Positions 35,966-45,738 of a stretch of DNA of 64,000 nt are shown piece by piece (the first letter of the stretch is position 1; each line of letters begins with the position of its first letter). Under the pieces are notes generated by a model. That model had not been told where the DNA came from and searched no databases. It worked only from the letters and a program-made list of their open reading frames with translations. The stretch spans positions 35,412 through 99,411 of the forward strand of contig SVQZ01000005.1 of NCBI GenBank assembly GCA_015065105.1, written 5' to 3'. The DNA comes from Oscillospiraceae bacterium (GTDB lineage: Bacteria; Bacillota; Clostridia; Oscillospirales; CAG-272). Made by a program: the position numbers and the translations under genes.

Positions 35966-37879
35966 ATGTTAGACAAGCAGTTACAGGCATTAGCCGATAT
36001 GTCCAACAAGTACGGCTCAAACCCCGAGTTCGTTCTTGCAGGCGGCGGTAACACCTCTTTCAAAAATGATGAATTACTCTTTATCAAGGGCTCCGGTACA
36101 GCTCTTGCAACCATCAAGCCCGATGAGTTTGTAAGAATGGAGCGCGCGCTCTTAAACGAGATCAGAACCAAGAAGTATTCTGAGGTTGAGGCAGAGTGCG
36201 AGGCAGAGGTTCTCGAGGATATGATGAACGCACGCGTTAAGGGCGAAACAAGACGTCCCAGCGTTGAAACCGTTCTTCACGATCTTATGGAGTACAAGTA
36301 CGTTCTCCACCTCCACCCCGCAACCGTTAACGGTATTACCTGCTCAAAGTCGGGTGAGGCTACCATCAAGCGTCTTTTCCCCGATGCTATCTGGGTTGCA
36401 AACTCCAAGCCCGGCTACACCCTTGCAATGCTCTGCTTAAAGACTATTGAAGCGGCTAAGGCAGAAAAGGGCGCTTGCCCCAACCTTATCTTCCTTGAAA
36501 ACCACGGTGTATTCTTTGCGGCAGATACCACCGAGGAGCTCGATGTTATCGTTGCAGACGTAATGGGCAAGATCAAGGCTGAAATTAAGGCTGAACCCGA
36601 TTTCACACCCGTTGAATATGACGTTGACAAGGTTACCGCAGTTGCTCCGGTACTCCGTATGCTTACAGGTGACGGCGAGGCTTCATCCGTTATCTTCTCG
36701 ACCTCTAAGGCAGTTCTTGATTACGATCCCGCAACCAAGAGCTTTACTCCCGACCATATCGTATATTGCAAGGCTTCCCCCCTTGTGCTCGCTGACGGCG
36801 ACGATATTAAGGAAAAGTACGATGCATACGTACAAGCTAACGGCTACAAGCCCAAGATCGCTTACTACGTTGGTCTCGGTATGTTCGCTATGGCTGATAC
36901 TTATAAGAACGCAAAGACCGCTGAGATCGTATTCCGTGACGCTATCAAGATCAGCGTATTCGCACAGTCCTTCGGCGGTATCTCCACTATGCCCGATTGG
37001 CTTGAGACCTTCATCATCAACTGGGAGGTTGAAAGCTACCGCGCAAAGGTAAGCCTTGCGGCAGGCGGTGCAAAGCGTCTTGATAAGAAGGTTATAATCG
37101 TTACCGGCGGTGCTCAGGGCTTCGGTCTCGGTATTGCCGAGGAGCTTGCGGCTAACGGTGCTTATGTTGCTATTGCCGACATGAACTATGACGGCGCTAA
37201 GGCTGCCGCAGACAAGCTTCCCAACGCTATGGCAGTTGCGGTTAACGTTACCGATGAGGACAGCGTTAAGGCAATGGTTGATGCTGTTGTTGTTAACTAC
37301 GGCGGTCTCGACGTGTTCGTAAATAACGCAGGTATCGCGAAAGCCGGCAGCCTTGAGGAAATGCAGAAGGGTACTCTTGAATTTGTTACCGCAGTTAACT
37401 ACACCGGTTACTTCCTCTGCGCAAAATACGCTTCCAGAGTTATGAAGATCCAGCACTCGGTTGCTCCCGATTACATGATGGATATCGTTGAAAACAACTC
37501 CAAGTCCGGCCTTGAAGGCTCTAACAAGAACTTCGCTTACTCCGGCTCTAAGTTCGGCGGTATCGGTCTTACAGCTTCCTTTGCTATGGAGCTTGCTCCC
37601 TACAACATCAAGGTTAACGCTGTTTGCCCCGGTAACTATCTTGACGGTCCCCTCTGGTCCGATCCCGAAAAGGGTCTCTTCGTTCAGTACCTCAATGCGG
37701 GCAAGGTTCCCGGTGCTAAGACTGTTGAAGACGTTCGCAAGTTCTATATGTCCAAGGTACCCCTTAACAGAGGCTGCCTCCCCGTTGACGTTGCACGCGC
37801 AATTATGTACTGCGTAGAACAGAAGTACGAAACAGGTCAGGCTATCCCCGTAACAGGCGGACAGGTAATGTTGCATTAA
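35966..37879 (+). CDS. Bifunctional class-II aldolase / short-chain dehydrogenase (RhaEW/YuxG-like rhamnulose-1-phosphate aldolase-lactaldehyde dehydrogenase)
   Basis: 637 aa. N-terminal half contains FVLAGGGNTSFK. C-terminal SDR half has VIIVTGGAQGFG and the YSGSK catalytic motif. Confidence 0.85.
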   Translation: MLDKQLQALADMSNKYGSNPEFVLAGGGNTSFKNDELLFIKGSGTALATIKPDEFVRMERALLNEIRTKKYSEVEAECEAEVLEDMMNARVKGETRRPSVETVLHDLMEYKYVLHLHPATVNGITCSKSGEATIKRLFPDAIWVANSKPGYTLAMLCLKTIEAAKAEKGACPNLIFLENHGVFFAADTTEELDVIVADVMGKIKAEIKAEPDFTPVEYDVDKVTAVAPVLRMLTGDGEASSVIFSTSKAVLDYDPATKSFTPDHIVYCKASPLVLADGDDIKEKYDAYVQANGYKPKIAYYVGLGMFAMADTYKNAKTAEIVFRDAIKISVFAQSFGGISTMPDWLETFIINWEVESYRAKVSLAAGGAKRLDKKVIIVTGGAQGFGLGIAEELAANGAYVAIADMNYDGAKAAADKLPNAMAVAVNVTDEDSVKAMVDAVVVNYGGLDVFVNNAGIAKAGSLEEMQKGTLEFVTAVNYTGYFLCAKYASRVMKIQHSVAPDYMMDIVENNSKSGLEGSNKNFAYSGSKFGGIGLTASFAMELAPYNIKVNAVCPGNYLDGPLWSDPEKGLFVQYLNAGKVPGAKTVEDVRKFYMSKVPLNRGCLPVDVARAIMYCVEQKYETGQAIPVTGGQVMLH

Positions 37880-38016
37880 AGCAATACTTGCTGTTGCTTT
37901 AATGCAACAGATGAAAGATAAGAGAGAATAGATAAAAGAAAAGGTAGATAAAAGTTGAATTTTCAACTTTTATCTTCCTTACTTCTTCATTCAAATAAAT
38001 TTTGTGAGGTCAAAAG

Positions 38017-39123
38017 ATGGCTACTTATGTAAACAATCACATTCATACTATATATTCCTTTTCTCCCTACACCCCTACAACTGCTGTAGAGGCTGCAAAG
38101 AAGAGCGGACTTAAGACCGCAGGTATCATGGACCATGATTCTGTTGGCGGCGCAAAGGAATTTATCGAAGCGGGTAAGAAGTACGATATGCCCGTAACAG
38201 TAGGTGTTGAGTGCCGTGTAAATATGGCAAACACCAAGCTTTGCGGTAAGCGTATCAACAACCCCGACCAGATCTCCGTTGCTTACGTTGCCATGCACGG
38301 TATTCCCCACCAGAACATTGACAAGGTAGATGCTTTCTTTGCTCCCTACCGCGAAAAGAGAAATATCCGTAACGCAAAGATGTGTGAGAATATCACAGAG
38401 ATAACCAAGGCTTACGGCATCACCCTTGATTTTGAGGCTGACGTAAAGCCCCTTGCTACCTCTACCGTAACAGAGCGTCACATTCTCTTTGCTCTTGCAA
38501 AGAAGATCACAGCGGCTTATCCCACTCCCGAGGAAGCAGTTGACTTCATCGAGAACAAGATGGGCATTGCTCTTTCTGCAAAGGTAAGAGACCAGATCCT
38601 TAATGGCAGAGAAACTCCCGATTTCTATGAATACGATATTCTCGGCGCTCTTAAGGGTAACATGGTTGAAAAGTTCTACGTTGACGCAACCGACGAGCTT
38701 CCCGACGTTACAGAATTCATCAAGATGGTTCACGAAAACGGCGGTGTTGCGGCTTACGCATACCTCGGTGACGTTGGAGATTCTGTAACAGGCGACAAGA
38801 AGGCTCAGAAGTTTGAGGACGATTACATCGATCTTCTCTTTGAGACCATCAAGGAGCTCGGCTTTGATGCAGTTACCTTCATGCCCACCAGAAACACTAT
38901 GGAACAGCTTGATAAGATAATGGCTCTCTGCGATGAACACGGCTTCTTCCAGATCAGCGGCGAAGATATCAACACTCCCAGACAGTCCTTTATCTGCAAG
39001 GCTTACGAAAACCCCAAGTTTGACCACCTTGTAAAGGCTGCATTTACCCTTATTGATTACGAAAACGAAGCATCCGTGGATATTGAAGCTGCCAAGGCTA
39101 AATATTCCGAAATGTTTAGATAA
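38017..39123 (+). CDS. PHP-domain metal-dependent phosphoesterase
   Basis: 368 aa. NNHIHTIYSFSPYTP...AGIMDHDSVGG is a PHP N-terminal signature. Confidence 0.8.
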   Translation: MATYVNNHIHTIYSFSPYTPTTAVEAAKKSGLKTAGIMDHDSVGGAKEFIEAGKKYDMPVTVGVECRVNMANTKLCGKRINNPDQISVAYVAMHGIPHQNIDKVDAFFAPYREKRNIRNAKMCENITEITKAYGITLDFEADVKPLATSTVTERHILFALAKKITAAYPTPEEAVDFIENKMGIALSAKVRDQILNGRETPDFYEYDILGALKGNMVEKFYVDATDELPDVTEFIKMVHENGGVAAYAYLGDVGDSVTGDKKAQKFEDDYIDLLFETIKELGFDAVTFMPTRNTMEQLDKIMALCDEHGFFQISGEDINTPRQSFICKAYENPKFDHLVKAAFTLIDYENEASVDIEAAKAKYSEMFR

Positions 39124-39139
39124 TAAAGGAGGAAATACA

Positions 39140-39739
39140 ATGGCTAAGTGTAACAGCTGTGGATTTGAAAACGTTGAAGGTGAAGTTTTTTGCGCCGAAT
39201 GCGGTCAGGCAATAAACCAGGCACCCAAGGCACCCAAGGCTCCCGAAGCTCCCGTAAAAAAAGAGGCGGCAAAGCCTGCAAAAAAAGAAGGTAAAAAGCT
39301 CAATCTCTCAAAGGAAGGCCTCAAGGATCTTTTCAAGATAATTGACGGAACATCCTTCTTCGAAAAGGAAGATATTGAAAAGAATAAGATCATGTCTCTT
39401 TTCGCATACATAGGTATTCTCTTCCTTATCCCCATGTTCGCCTGCAAGGATTCCAAATTTGCAAGATTCCATACCAATCAGGGTATCGTTCTTTGCATCT
39501 TCTATGTAGTTGCAGGTGTTGTAACCGCTATTCTTGAAGCTCTCCCCGTATTGCTTTTCGTCTTTATCAAGGCTGTGTTCTTTAAGATCATATTCGGTGC
39601 TTTAATAGGTATCATCGGTCTTTTAGCCGGCGTTGTTAACATTGCACTTCTTGCTCTTATGATCCTCGGAATCATTTCCGCTGTAACAGGCAAGGCAAAG
39701 AAGCTCCCCATTATCGGTAACATCAGAATTCTCAAGTAA
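39140..39739 (+). CDS. Zinc-ribbon protein with a DUF4870-like membrane domain
   Basis: Preferred ATG at 39140 (GGAGGA upstream). CNSCGF...CAECG zinc ribbon, a Lys/Pro/Ala-rich linker, then transmembrane segments containing FARFHTNQG. Confidence 0.7.
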   Translation: MAKCNSCGFENVEGEVFCAECGQAINQAPKAPKAPEAPVKKEAAKPAKKEGKKLNLSKEGLKDLFKIIDGTSFFEKEDIEKNKIMSLFAYIGILFLIPMFACKDSKFARFHTNQGIVLCIFYVVAGVVTAILEALPVLLFVFIKAVFFKIIFGALIGIIGLLAGVVNIALLALMILGIISAVTGKAKKLPIIGNIRILK

Positions 39740-39797
39740 TAAACTATACGTTACCGTATAGCGGGCATCTGCCCGAAGTAAAGCAATTCCTATAAAT

Positions 39798-39828
39798 TAA
39801 AAACCTCCTTTCGAAGGGAGGTTTTTCT
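39798..39828. terminator. Bidirectional intrinsic terminator
   Basis: aaaaacctcc...gggaggttttt: a GC-rich stem flanked by an A-run and a T-run, lying between convergent genes. Confidence 0.7.
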
Positions 39829-39906
39829 ATATGAAGCATAAAAAATGAGTTAAACTAAAATATATCGGCAAAAGCCATGACCGTGAAAATACAGAAAGCT
39901 CAGCAT

Positions 39907-41679
39907 TTAACTTCCTTCTGATATCAGCATATTGATCATATCCAGATTTGTAAGCTTGAGGTAAACCCCGTAGCCGCTGATATGCTCATATTCAACGTAA
40001 CCATTTTCATATACTGTCAGATCAACACATGAGCCGTCCTTCATTTCGATAGAGACACGGGAATGCCCAACGTATGAAATATCCGAGCTGTCAAGACAGA
40101 ATTCTGCCTTTAAAAGCATTTTTATGATCATATCTCTTTTACGGTTCAATACCTTTGATTCTTTTAATTCACCGTTTTCACTGTCGTAGCTTCCGAATGA
40201 TACTGCGTTTTCTTCAAGAGCAAGCTTATCCCTGCCGAAGATATCACTTCCCGTCTTAAGAACTATTCCCCTGCAGGCCTCGTATATCCTCATGCTGTCC
40301 TTATCCTCATAATAATTATTACACATTATACGGTAGGACTCGTCATAATCATTGAGAAGATAAACGTCTCCCTCATAGCTTGAAACGTAGTCAGAATAGC
40401 AAAAACGTTCCCAGAACACCTGCCATCTTTTCAGCTCTGCCCACGTATGGCCTACGGGTATTGTATCACGGATATTCTCCATTATCTTATCCTCGCCGAG
40501 ACTTAGTGTCTCAACGTGCCAATACACCCTTCCTCCATATACGATAAGATCCTTTTCAAGATAGAAGCTGTCATCGCCGTCGGGCATATACCCCTCGGGG
40601 ATATATATTCCGTCCTTTATCTCTACAGCCTTTCCTGCTTTTGTATATTCGGTATTTCTTCCGATACGCAAAAGTGAGTCTATCTGTGCCGCCATAGGAA
40701 CGTACGGTATATTCTTAAGCTTTTCTATCTCCTTATACAGAATCTCTCTTTCATCAAAGAGCAGATCTATATTGTAGGTATAATAATAATCGTTTGTTAC
40801 GTAAGGACTGTAGCTTCTTTCATGGGGCTTATAGGCAGCCTCCACCTCAGCCTTTGTTATTGAAGAATTTTCAACGATATCAAGCACCGAAAATTCGCTG
40901 TAATTTATTCTTGTATTATTATAGGTTATAAGATTATAATAATCCTTTGATCTCTGATCGTTCTTTTGTTCAAGAATATTAAGAAGAATGCACTTGAAGC
41001 CTTTGTCCTCCGAACGCTTGTCGAATTCATATTCCTCCTCGGAGGTAAGAGAAAGCTTTGTTCTCGCAAATTCCTCATATCCTTCGGCATCCCTTGCCAG
41101 AAGAAGGTCGAGATCCCAGAAAACGCTGTTGGGGTTATAATATCCGGGATAGTCCTTATATATAAGCTCCGCGGGAATATCAAAATGTATAATAAAATCA
41201 ACTATATTAAATCCGGGTGTACAGTTATTCTCATCGCATACAAACCAACCGTCGGCATCCTTGAACTGTGCCGCCCAGAGCTCGAATTTTTCATTACCGA
41301 CGTAGTCAAGCATATAACCGGGAATCGCATGGTATTCACAGTTATGGATCTTACATATACCCGTACTTCCCCCTCCTACGGCAGGGCGGTAGCTCTCCTT
41401 TCTTTCCGAAAGCTTCATCACACCGATATCATCCTCGGGCAACACACTCTCCTCAGAAAATGTATCAAAGGGGATTTCAGCATTCTTCTCCTTTTTTTCC
41501 TTTTTAAATAAGGGAAGACAGAGAAGCAATGCACAAAGAAGGGTAATGCAAGCCGCCGCAAGCATTATTCTTTTATAGCTTTTTCTTTTACGCTTTTCAG
41601 AAAGCACCCCTGCACGTATCCTTTCCTTATCGGGAAGTGTACTTTCCATGGCTTTTTTCAATATTTCTCTTTCCTTCAT
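39907..41679 (-). CDS. Single-pass membrane protein, putative anti-sigma factor with a large uncharacterised extracytoplasmic domain
   Basis: 590 aa. Short cytoplasmic N-terminus, one transmembrane segment (IMLAAACITLLCALLLCLPLF), then about 520 aa rich in Tyr, Asp and Glu. The start overlaps the stop of the sigma gene by 4 nt. Confidence 0.5.
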   Translation of the reverse strand: MKEREILKKAMESTLPDKERIRAGVLSEKRKRKSYKRIMLAAACITLLCALLLCLPLFKKEKKEKNAEIPFDTFSEESVLPEDDIGVMKLSERKESYRPAVGGGSTGICKIHNCEYHAIPGYMLDYVGNEKFELWAAQFKDADGWFVCDENNCTPGFNIVDFIIHFDIPAELIYKDYPGYYNPNSVFWDLDLLLARDAEGYEEFARTKLSLTSEEEYEFDKRSEDKGFKCILLNILEQKNDQRSKDYYNLITYNNTRINYSEFSVLDIVENSSITKAEVEAAYKPHERSYSPYVTNDYYYTYNIDLLFDEREILYKEIEKLKNIPYVPMAAQIDSLLRIGRNTEYTKAGKAVEIKDGIYIPEGYMPDGDDSFYLEKDLIVYGGRVYWHVETLSLGEDKIMENIRDTIPVGHTWAELKRWQVFWERFCYSDYVSSYEGDVYLLNDYDESYRIMCNNYYEDKDSMRIYEACRGIVLKTGSDIFGRDKLALEENAVSFGSYDSENGELKESKVLNRKRDMIIKMLLKAEFCLDSSDISYVGHSRVSIEMKDGSCVDLTVYENGYVEYEHISGYGVYLKLTNLDMINMLISEGS

Positions 41680-42228
41680 TCCTTCTCACCTCCGTATTCC
41701 TTCTTTATTTCCCTTAAGGTTCTGTAAAGCCTGTTTTTAACAAAAGACTCGCTTGTACAAAGAAGATCCGCTATATCGGATATAGTCAAATCGTGCAAAT
41801 AAAAGAGGGTGAAGATCTTTTGTGTATCAGGTGGTTTTGAAAGCACGAATTTACCTATCTCCTCCAACGTCTCCTTGGTGCAAAGCTCATCCTCAAGCAC
41901 AAAGCTGTCCGGAATATAATCGAAGAGCTCCTTCTCCTCTTTCTTCCTTGGCGATGTTCAGCGTTATGGCTGACAGCCTCTGCTTAAGCGAATAATGACG
42001 GAATATCTTTGTCTTGGCTATTTTTATTACAAATGCCTCTTCGTTTTGTATATATTCTCTCCCCTTATTCAATAAAACAGAATAAACCTCGGTGTATATC
42101 TCCTGCAAAATATCCTCAACGTCATGGAGCTTTGAACATTTCGCAGTAACGTATATAAGGGTCTTTTGGTATGTAGAATCATACAATTCATTGAATATAC
42201 CTTCAATTTCCGTCATTCTCTTCACCAC
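41676..42228 (-). pseudogene. Sigma-70/ECF-type sigma factor split by a 1-nt frameshift
   Basis: ORF 41893..42228 carries a region-2-like part (DVEDILQEIYTEVY...). ORF 41676..41900 carries a region-4 HTH (QKIFTLFYLHDLTISDIADLLCTSESFVKNRLYR). The downstream frame is open back to 41957 (..KKEEKELFDYIPDSFVLEDE), so the shift lies in the purine tract at 41929-41949. Confidence 0.7.
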
Positions 42229-42371
42229 CTTTATTATATAAGTGTATATTACATCCGAAAATGTTTCACCGAATTTAAATATACATTATATTATGTTGTT
42301 TTTCAAGTATTTTATTGACTATTTTTGAAAATACCGCTATACTTATTTTATAAACTTAAAGGAGAAAAAAG

Positions 42372-43319
42372 ATGAAAAAGCTTGCCCTTTGGGGCCTTTG
42401 GCACGTCCACGCAGGCCATTTGGCTGAATTAGCTCAAAAATACGCTTCCCTTATAGGAGTCTGGGATGAAGATACAAAGGCTCTTAACGAATTTTGTAAA
42501 AAATATAACCTTTACGCCTTTTCTTCCCTTGAGGAAATGCTTTCATCAGACGCAGAGGGGGTTATAGTTTGCACTCCAACCTCAAAGCATAAGGAAACCA
42601 TACTTACCCTTACGAAAGCAGGAAAACACGTTTTTACCGAAAAGGTCTTGGCGCTCACCGACGAGGATTGCGATGAGATAGTAAAAGCGGTAAAGGAAAG
42701 CGGTATCAAATTTGCTATATGTCTGCCCAATGCTTTCTATGACGGTGCAAGAACTATTAAAGCTATAGTTGATTTAGGCGAGATAGGCAAGGTCAACTGT
42801 ATTCGATTCAAATACTCACATACTGCAACCTCGAATGATACCCTGCCCGCTCATTTTTACTGTAAAAAAGAATGCGGTGGCGGTTCGCTTATAGACCACG
42901 GCGCCCACGGAATACATATGATATATTTCTTCAAGGGTATGCCCGCTCAATTCAAGCATATAGGCACTATAGCAAACTCAAACGAGAATGCCGAAAAGAA
43001 AAATATCGACAGAGTTGAGGATTCAAGCGTTTCGGTTATGGCTTATCCCGATGGTTGTATTGCGATAAATGAATCATCTTCGGTTACTCAAGGTCCTATG
43101 ACCCTGGAGGTCAACGGCGAAAAGGGTTCGCTTCTCTGGACCTGCGACAGGGTTATAAAAAGAAGCCCCGAAACAAATGACGAATATACCGAAATCGAGA
43201 AGCTGCCGGGTATGTTCCATCCCTTAAAGCAGTTTGTTTATGAAGAGATAGATCCCGTCTGCGGAATCGATGCGGCAAGGGACGTAAGCTATATGATAAA
43301 CAGACTTTACGAAAACTGA
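42372..43319 (+). CDS. Gfo/Idh/MocA-family oxidoreductase
   Basis: 315 aa. N-terminal Rossmann-like half ...GVIVCTPTSKHKE.... Length and pattern are typical. Confidence 0.8.
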   Translation: MKKLALWGLWHVHAGHLAELAQKYASLIGVWDEDTKALNEFCKKYNLYAFSSLEEMLSSDAEGVIVCTPTSKHKETILTLTKAGKHVFTEKVLALTDEDCDEIVKAVKESGIKFAICLPNAFYDGARTIKAIVDLGEIGKVNCIRFKYSHTATSNDTLPAHFYCKKECGGGSLIDHGAHGIHMIYFFKGMPAQFKHIGTIANSNENAEKKNIDRVEDSSVSVMAYPDGCIAINESSSVTQGPMTLEVNGEKGSLLWTCDRVIKRSPETNDEYTEIEKLPGMFHPLKQFVYEEIDPVCGIDAARDVSYMINRLYEN

Positions 43320-43644
43320 AGGCTTTCACCCTTTAGCCATCCGTATCGGGCGTGGAATTTGTAATAGCCGTTTTACAATGCCCAAAATACAATTATGTTA
43401 TAATCCAAATAGACGGACAACCAATAGTTGCCACTACAATAAACATAACGTTATCCTCGTAGGGGCTCGCATTGCGACTCCGTTTTATGCTTGTTATTGA
43501 AAGGTAAATTACAGTTTGGCGGGGAGCCCCCACGGGCAAGAATCGGCCTTGAAGTTCGATGAAATTGTTTCTTCAACGCCCGAGGTGGAGTTAATTCCAA
43601 ATTGTAGTTTATAGAATTTTCCTCTTTTATTTTTTATAAATATG

Positions 43645-43653
43645 TGTTATAAT
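43645..43653 (+). promoter_or_regulatory. Extended -10 element upstream of uvrB
   Basis: TGtTATAAT at 43645-43653, about 65 nt before the uvrB ATG. Confidence 0.4.
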
Positions 43654-43716
43654 ATAATAATTAAATTATTTTAAAGGTATTTTCAGTTACAATATCCTTA
43701 CAAGGGAGGCAGAAAA

Positions 43717-45693
43717 ATGGCAGAAGAAAGAAAATTTAAGCTTGTTTCACCCTACAAGCCCACAGGTGACCAGCCCGAGGCGATAGATAAGCTTTCGGCA
43801 GGTGTTGATGCGGGCATGAAAAAGCAGACCTTACTTGGTGTTACAGGCTCGGGTAAGACCTTTACCATGGCAAATATTATCGCAAACGTAAATAAGCCTA
43901 CCCTTGTGCTTGCCCATAATAAGACTCTTGCGGCACAGCTCTGCAGTGAGTTCAAAGAATTTTTCCCCGACAATGCGGTGGAGTATTTTGTTAGCTACTA
44001 TGACTACTACCAGCCCGAAGCATATATCCCCGGTAAGGACACCTATATTGAAAAGGATTCCTCGGTTAATGACGAGATAGACAAATTGCGTCACTCTGCA
44101 ACCTCCGCACTCTTTGAACGCAAGGACGTTATCGTGGTTTCCTCGGTTTCCTGCATATATACCCTGGGGGACCCCAATGAGTATAACAGTATGCTTATAG
44201 GACTACGCGTAGGCGGTATAATGGACCGTGATGAGTTTATCCGCCGTCTCATTGCCATAAATTATGACAGAAACGATATAAATTTCACCCGTAACAAGTT
44301 CAGGGTACGCGGTGATGTGGTTGAGGTCTTCCCTGCTTCGGGAGACAACGAGGGTATAAGAGTTGAATTTTTCGATGACGAAATTACCCGAATTTCAGAG
44401 TTTAATATCGTAACAGGCAAGGTTGCCCGTGATGTTTCATATATCTGTATATTCCCCGCCACCCACTATGCCGTTTCCCCCGAGCGCCGCGAAAAGGCTC
44501 TTGAAGAGATAGAGCGGGAGATGGAGGAAAGAGTTGAATATTTCAAATCTCAAAATAAGCTCATTGAGGCACAGAGAATTGAGGAAAGAACTCTTTACGA
44601 TCTTGAAATGATGCGGGAGATAGGTTATTGCTCCGGCGTTGAAAACTATTCAAGAGTTCTTGCAGGCAGAGAGCCCGGCTCCGTTCCCTACACACTGCTT
44701 GACTATTTTCCCAAGGATTTTCTGCTTTTTGTGGATGAAAGCCACGTTACCCTGCCCCAGGTTCGCGGTATGAGCGGCGGAGATCGAGCAAGAAAGGAAA
44801 ACCTTGTGGAGTACGGTTTCCGGTTGCCCTCGGCATACGATAACCGCCCCCTTGTTTTTGAGGAATTTGAGGACAAATTAAATCAGACCATATACGTAAG
44901 TGCTACTCCCGGCCCTTACGAAAAGGAGCACACCGAGCAGACCGTTGAGCAGATCATCCGTCCTACGGGCCTGCTTGATCCCGAGGTTGAGGTTAGAGGC
45001 GTTGAAGATCAGATAGACGATCTTATTTCCGAAATTCGAGTAAGAACAGAGCGAGGCGAGCGAGTTCTTGTTACCACCCTTACCAAAAAGATGGCAGAGG
45101 ATCTTACCGAATTTTTGGAGCTTAATCTTATTAAGGTCAAGTATATACACCATAACGTTGAAACAATGGAACGTACCGAGATAATCCGCGATCTGCGCCT
45201 CGGTAACTTTGACGTTCTTGTAGGCATCAACCTTTTGCGTGAAGGTCTTGACATTCCCGAGGTTTCCTTGGTTGCCATACTTGATGCGGATAAAGAAGGT
45301 CTTTTGCGCAGTGAGACCGCCCTTATCCAGACGATAGGACGTGCGGCACGTAACGTTAACGGCAAGGTCATTATGTATGCCGAAAAGATAACAAAGGCAA
45401 TGAAGACCGCTATTGATGAAACCAACCGCCGCCGTTCCATTCAGGAGGCATACAACCGCGAGCACGGCATTGAACCTAAGAGCGTTGTTAAGGCTGTCCG
45501 TGATCTTATAGATATCGGCTCAAAAGATGACAAGAAGAAAAAGAAGATGCCCGAACGCAAGCTTTCCGAAAAGCAGAAAGCGGCTATGATAGAGCAGCTT
45601 AACACCGAAATGAGAGAGGCTGCCGCTGCTCTTGAATTTGAAAAAGCGGCGATTATACGAGATCAGATCAATGCTCTTAAAGAAAACAATTAA
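43717..45693 (+). CDS. uvrB: Excinuclease ABC subunit B
   Basis: 658 aa. [26 protein letters not shown], and a C-terminal UVR motif [13 protein letters not shown]. Confidence 0.97.
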   Translation: MAEERKFKLVSPYKPTGDQPEAIDKLSAGVDAGMKKQTLLGVTGSGKTFTMANIIANVNKPTLVLAHNKTLAAQLCSEFKEFFPDNAVEYFVSYYDYYQPEAYIPGKDTYIEKDSSVNDEIDKLRHSATSALFERKDVIVVSSVSCIYTLGDPNEYNSMLIGLRVGGIMDRDEFIRRLIAINYDRNDINFTRNKFRVRGDVVEVFPASGDNEGIRVEFFDDEITRISEFNIVTGKVARDVSYICIFPATHYAVSPERREKALEEIEREMEERVEYFKSQNKLIEAQRIEERTLYDLEMMREIGYCSGVENYSRVLAGREPGSVPYTLLDYFPKDFLLFVDESHVTLPQVRGMSGGDRARKENLVEYGFRLPSAYDNRPLVFEEFEDKLNQTIYVSATPGPYEKEHTEQTVEQIIRPTGLLDPEVEVRGVEDQIDDLISEIRVRTERGERVLVTTLTKKMAEDLTEFLELNLIKVKYIHHNVETMERTEIIRDLRLGNFDVLVGINLLREGLDIPEVSLVAILDADKEGLLRSETALIQTIGRAARNVNGKVIMYAEKITKAMKTAIDETNRRRSIQEAYNREHGIEPKSVVKAVRDLIDIGSKDDKKKKKMPERKLSEKQKAAMIEQLNTEMREAAAALEFEKAAIIRDQINALKENN

Positions 45694-45738
45694 AAGTTGA
45701 GATAATATATACCATAAAATTTCAAGGAGGACGTTCTA

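Noticed and set aside
36683-39027. Minus-strand ORFs 36683..37966 (427 aa) and 37987..39027 (346 aa)
   Set aside because: They are antisense to the aldolase/SDR fusion and the PHP gene, both of which have clear family motifs. They are shadow ORFs typical of GC-skewed codon usage.
43320-43716. LexA (Cheo-type CGAAC-N4-GTTCG) box upstream of uvrB; also checked 48103..48240 upstream of uvrA
   Set aside because: No match to the consensus was visible in either region. Only extended -10 elements are reported.
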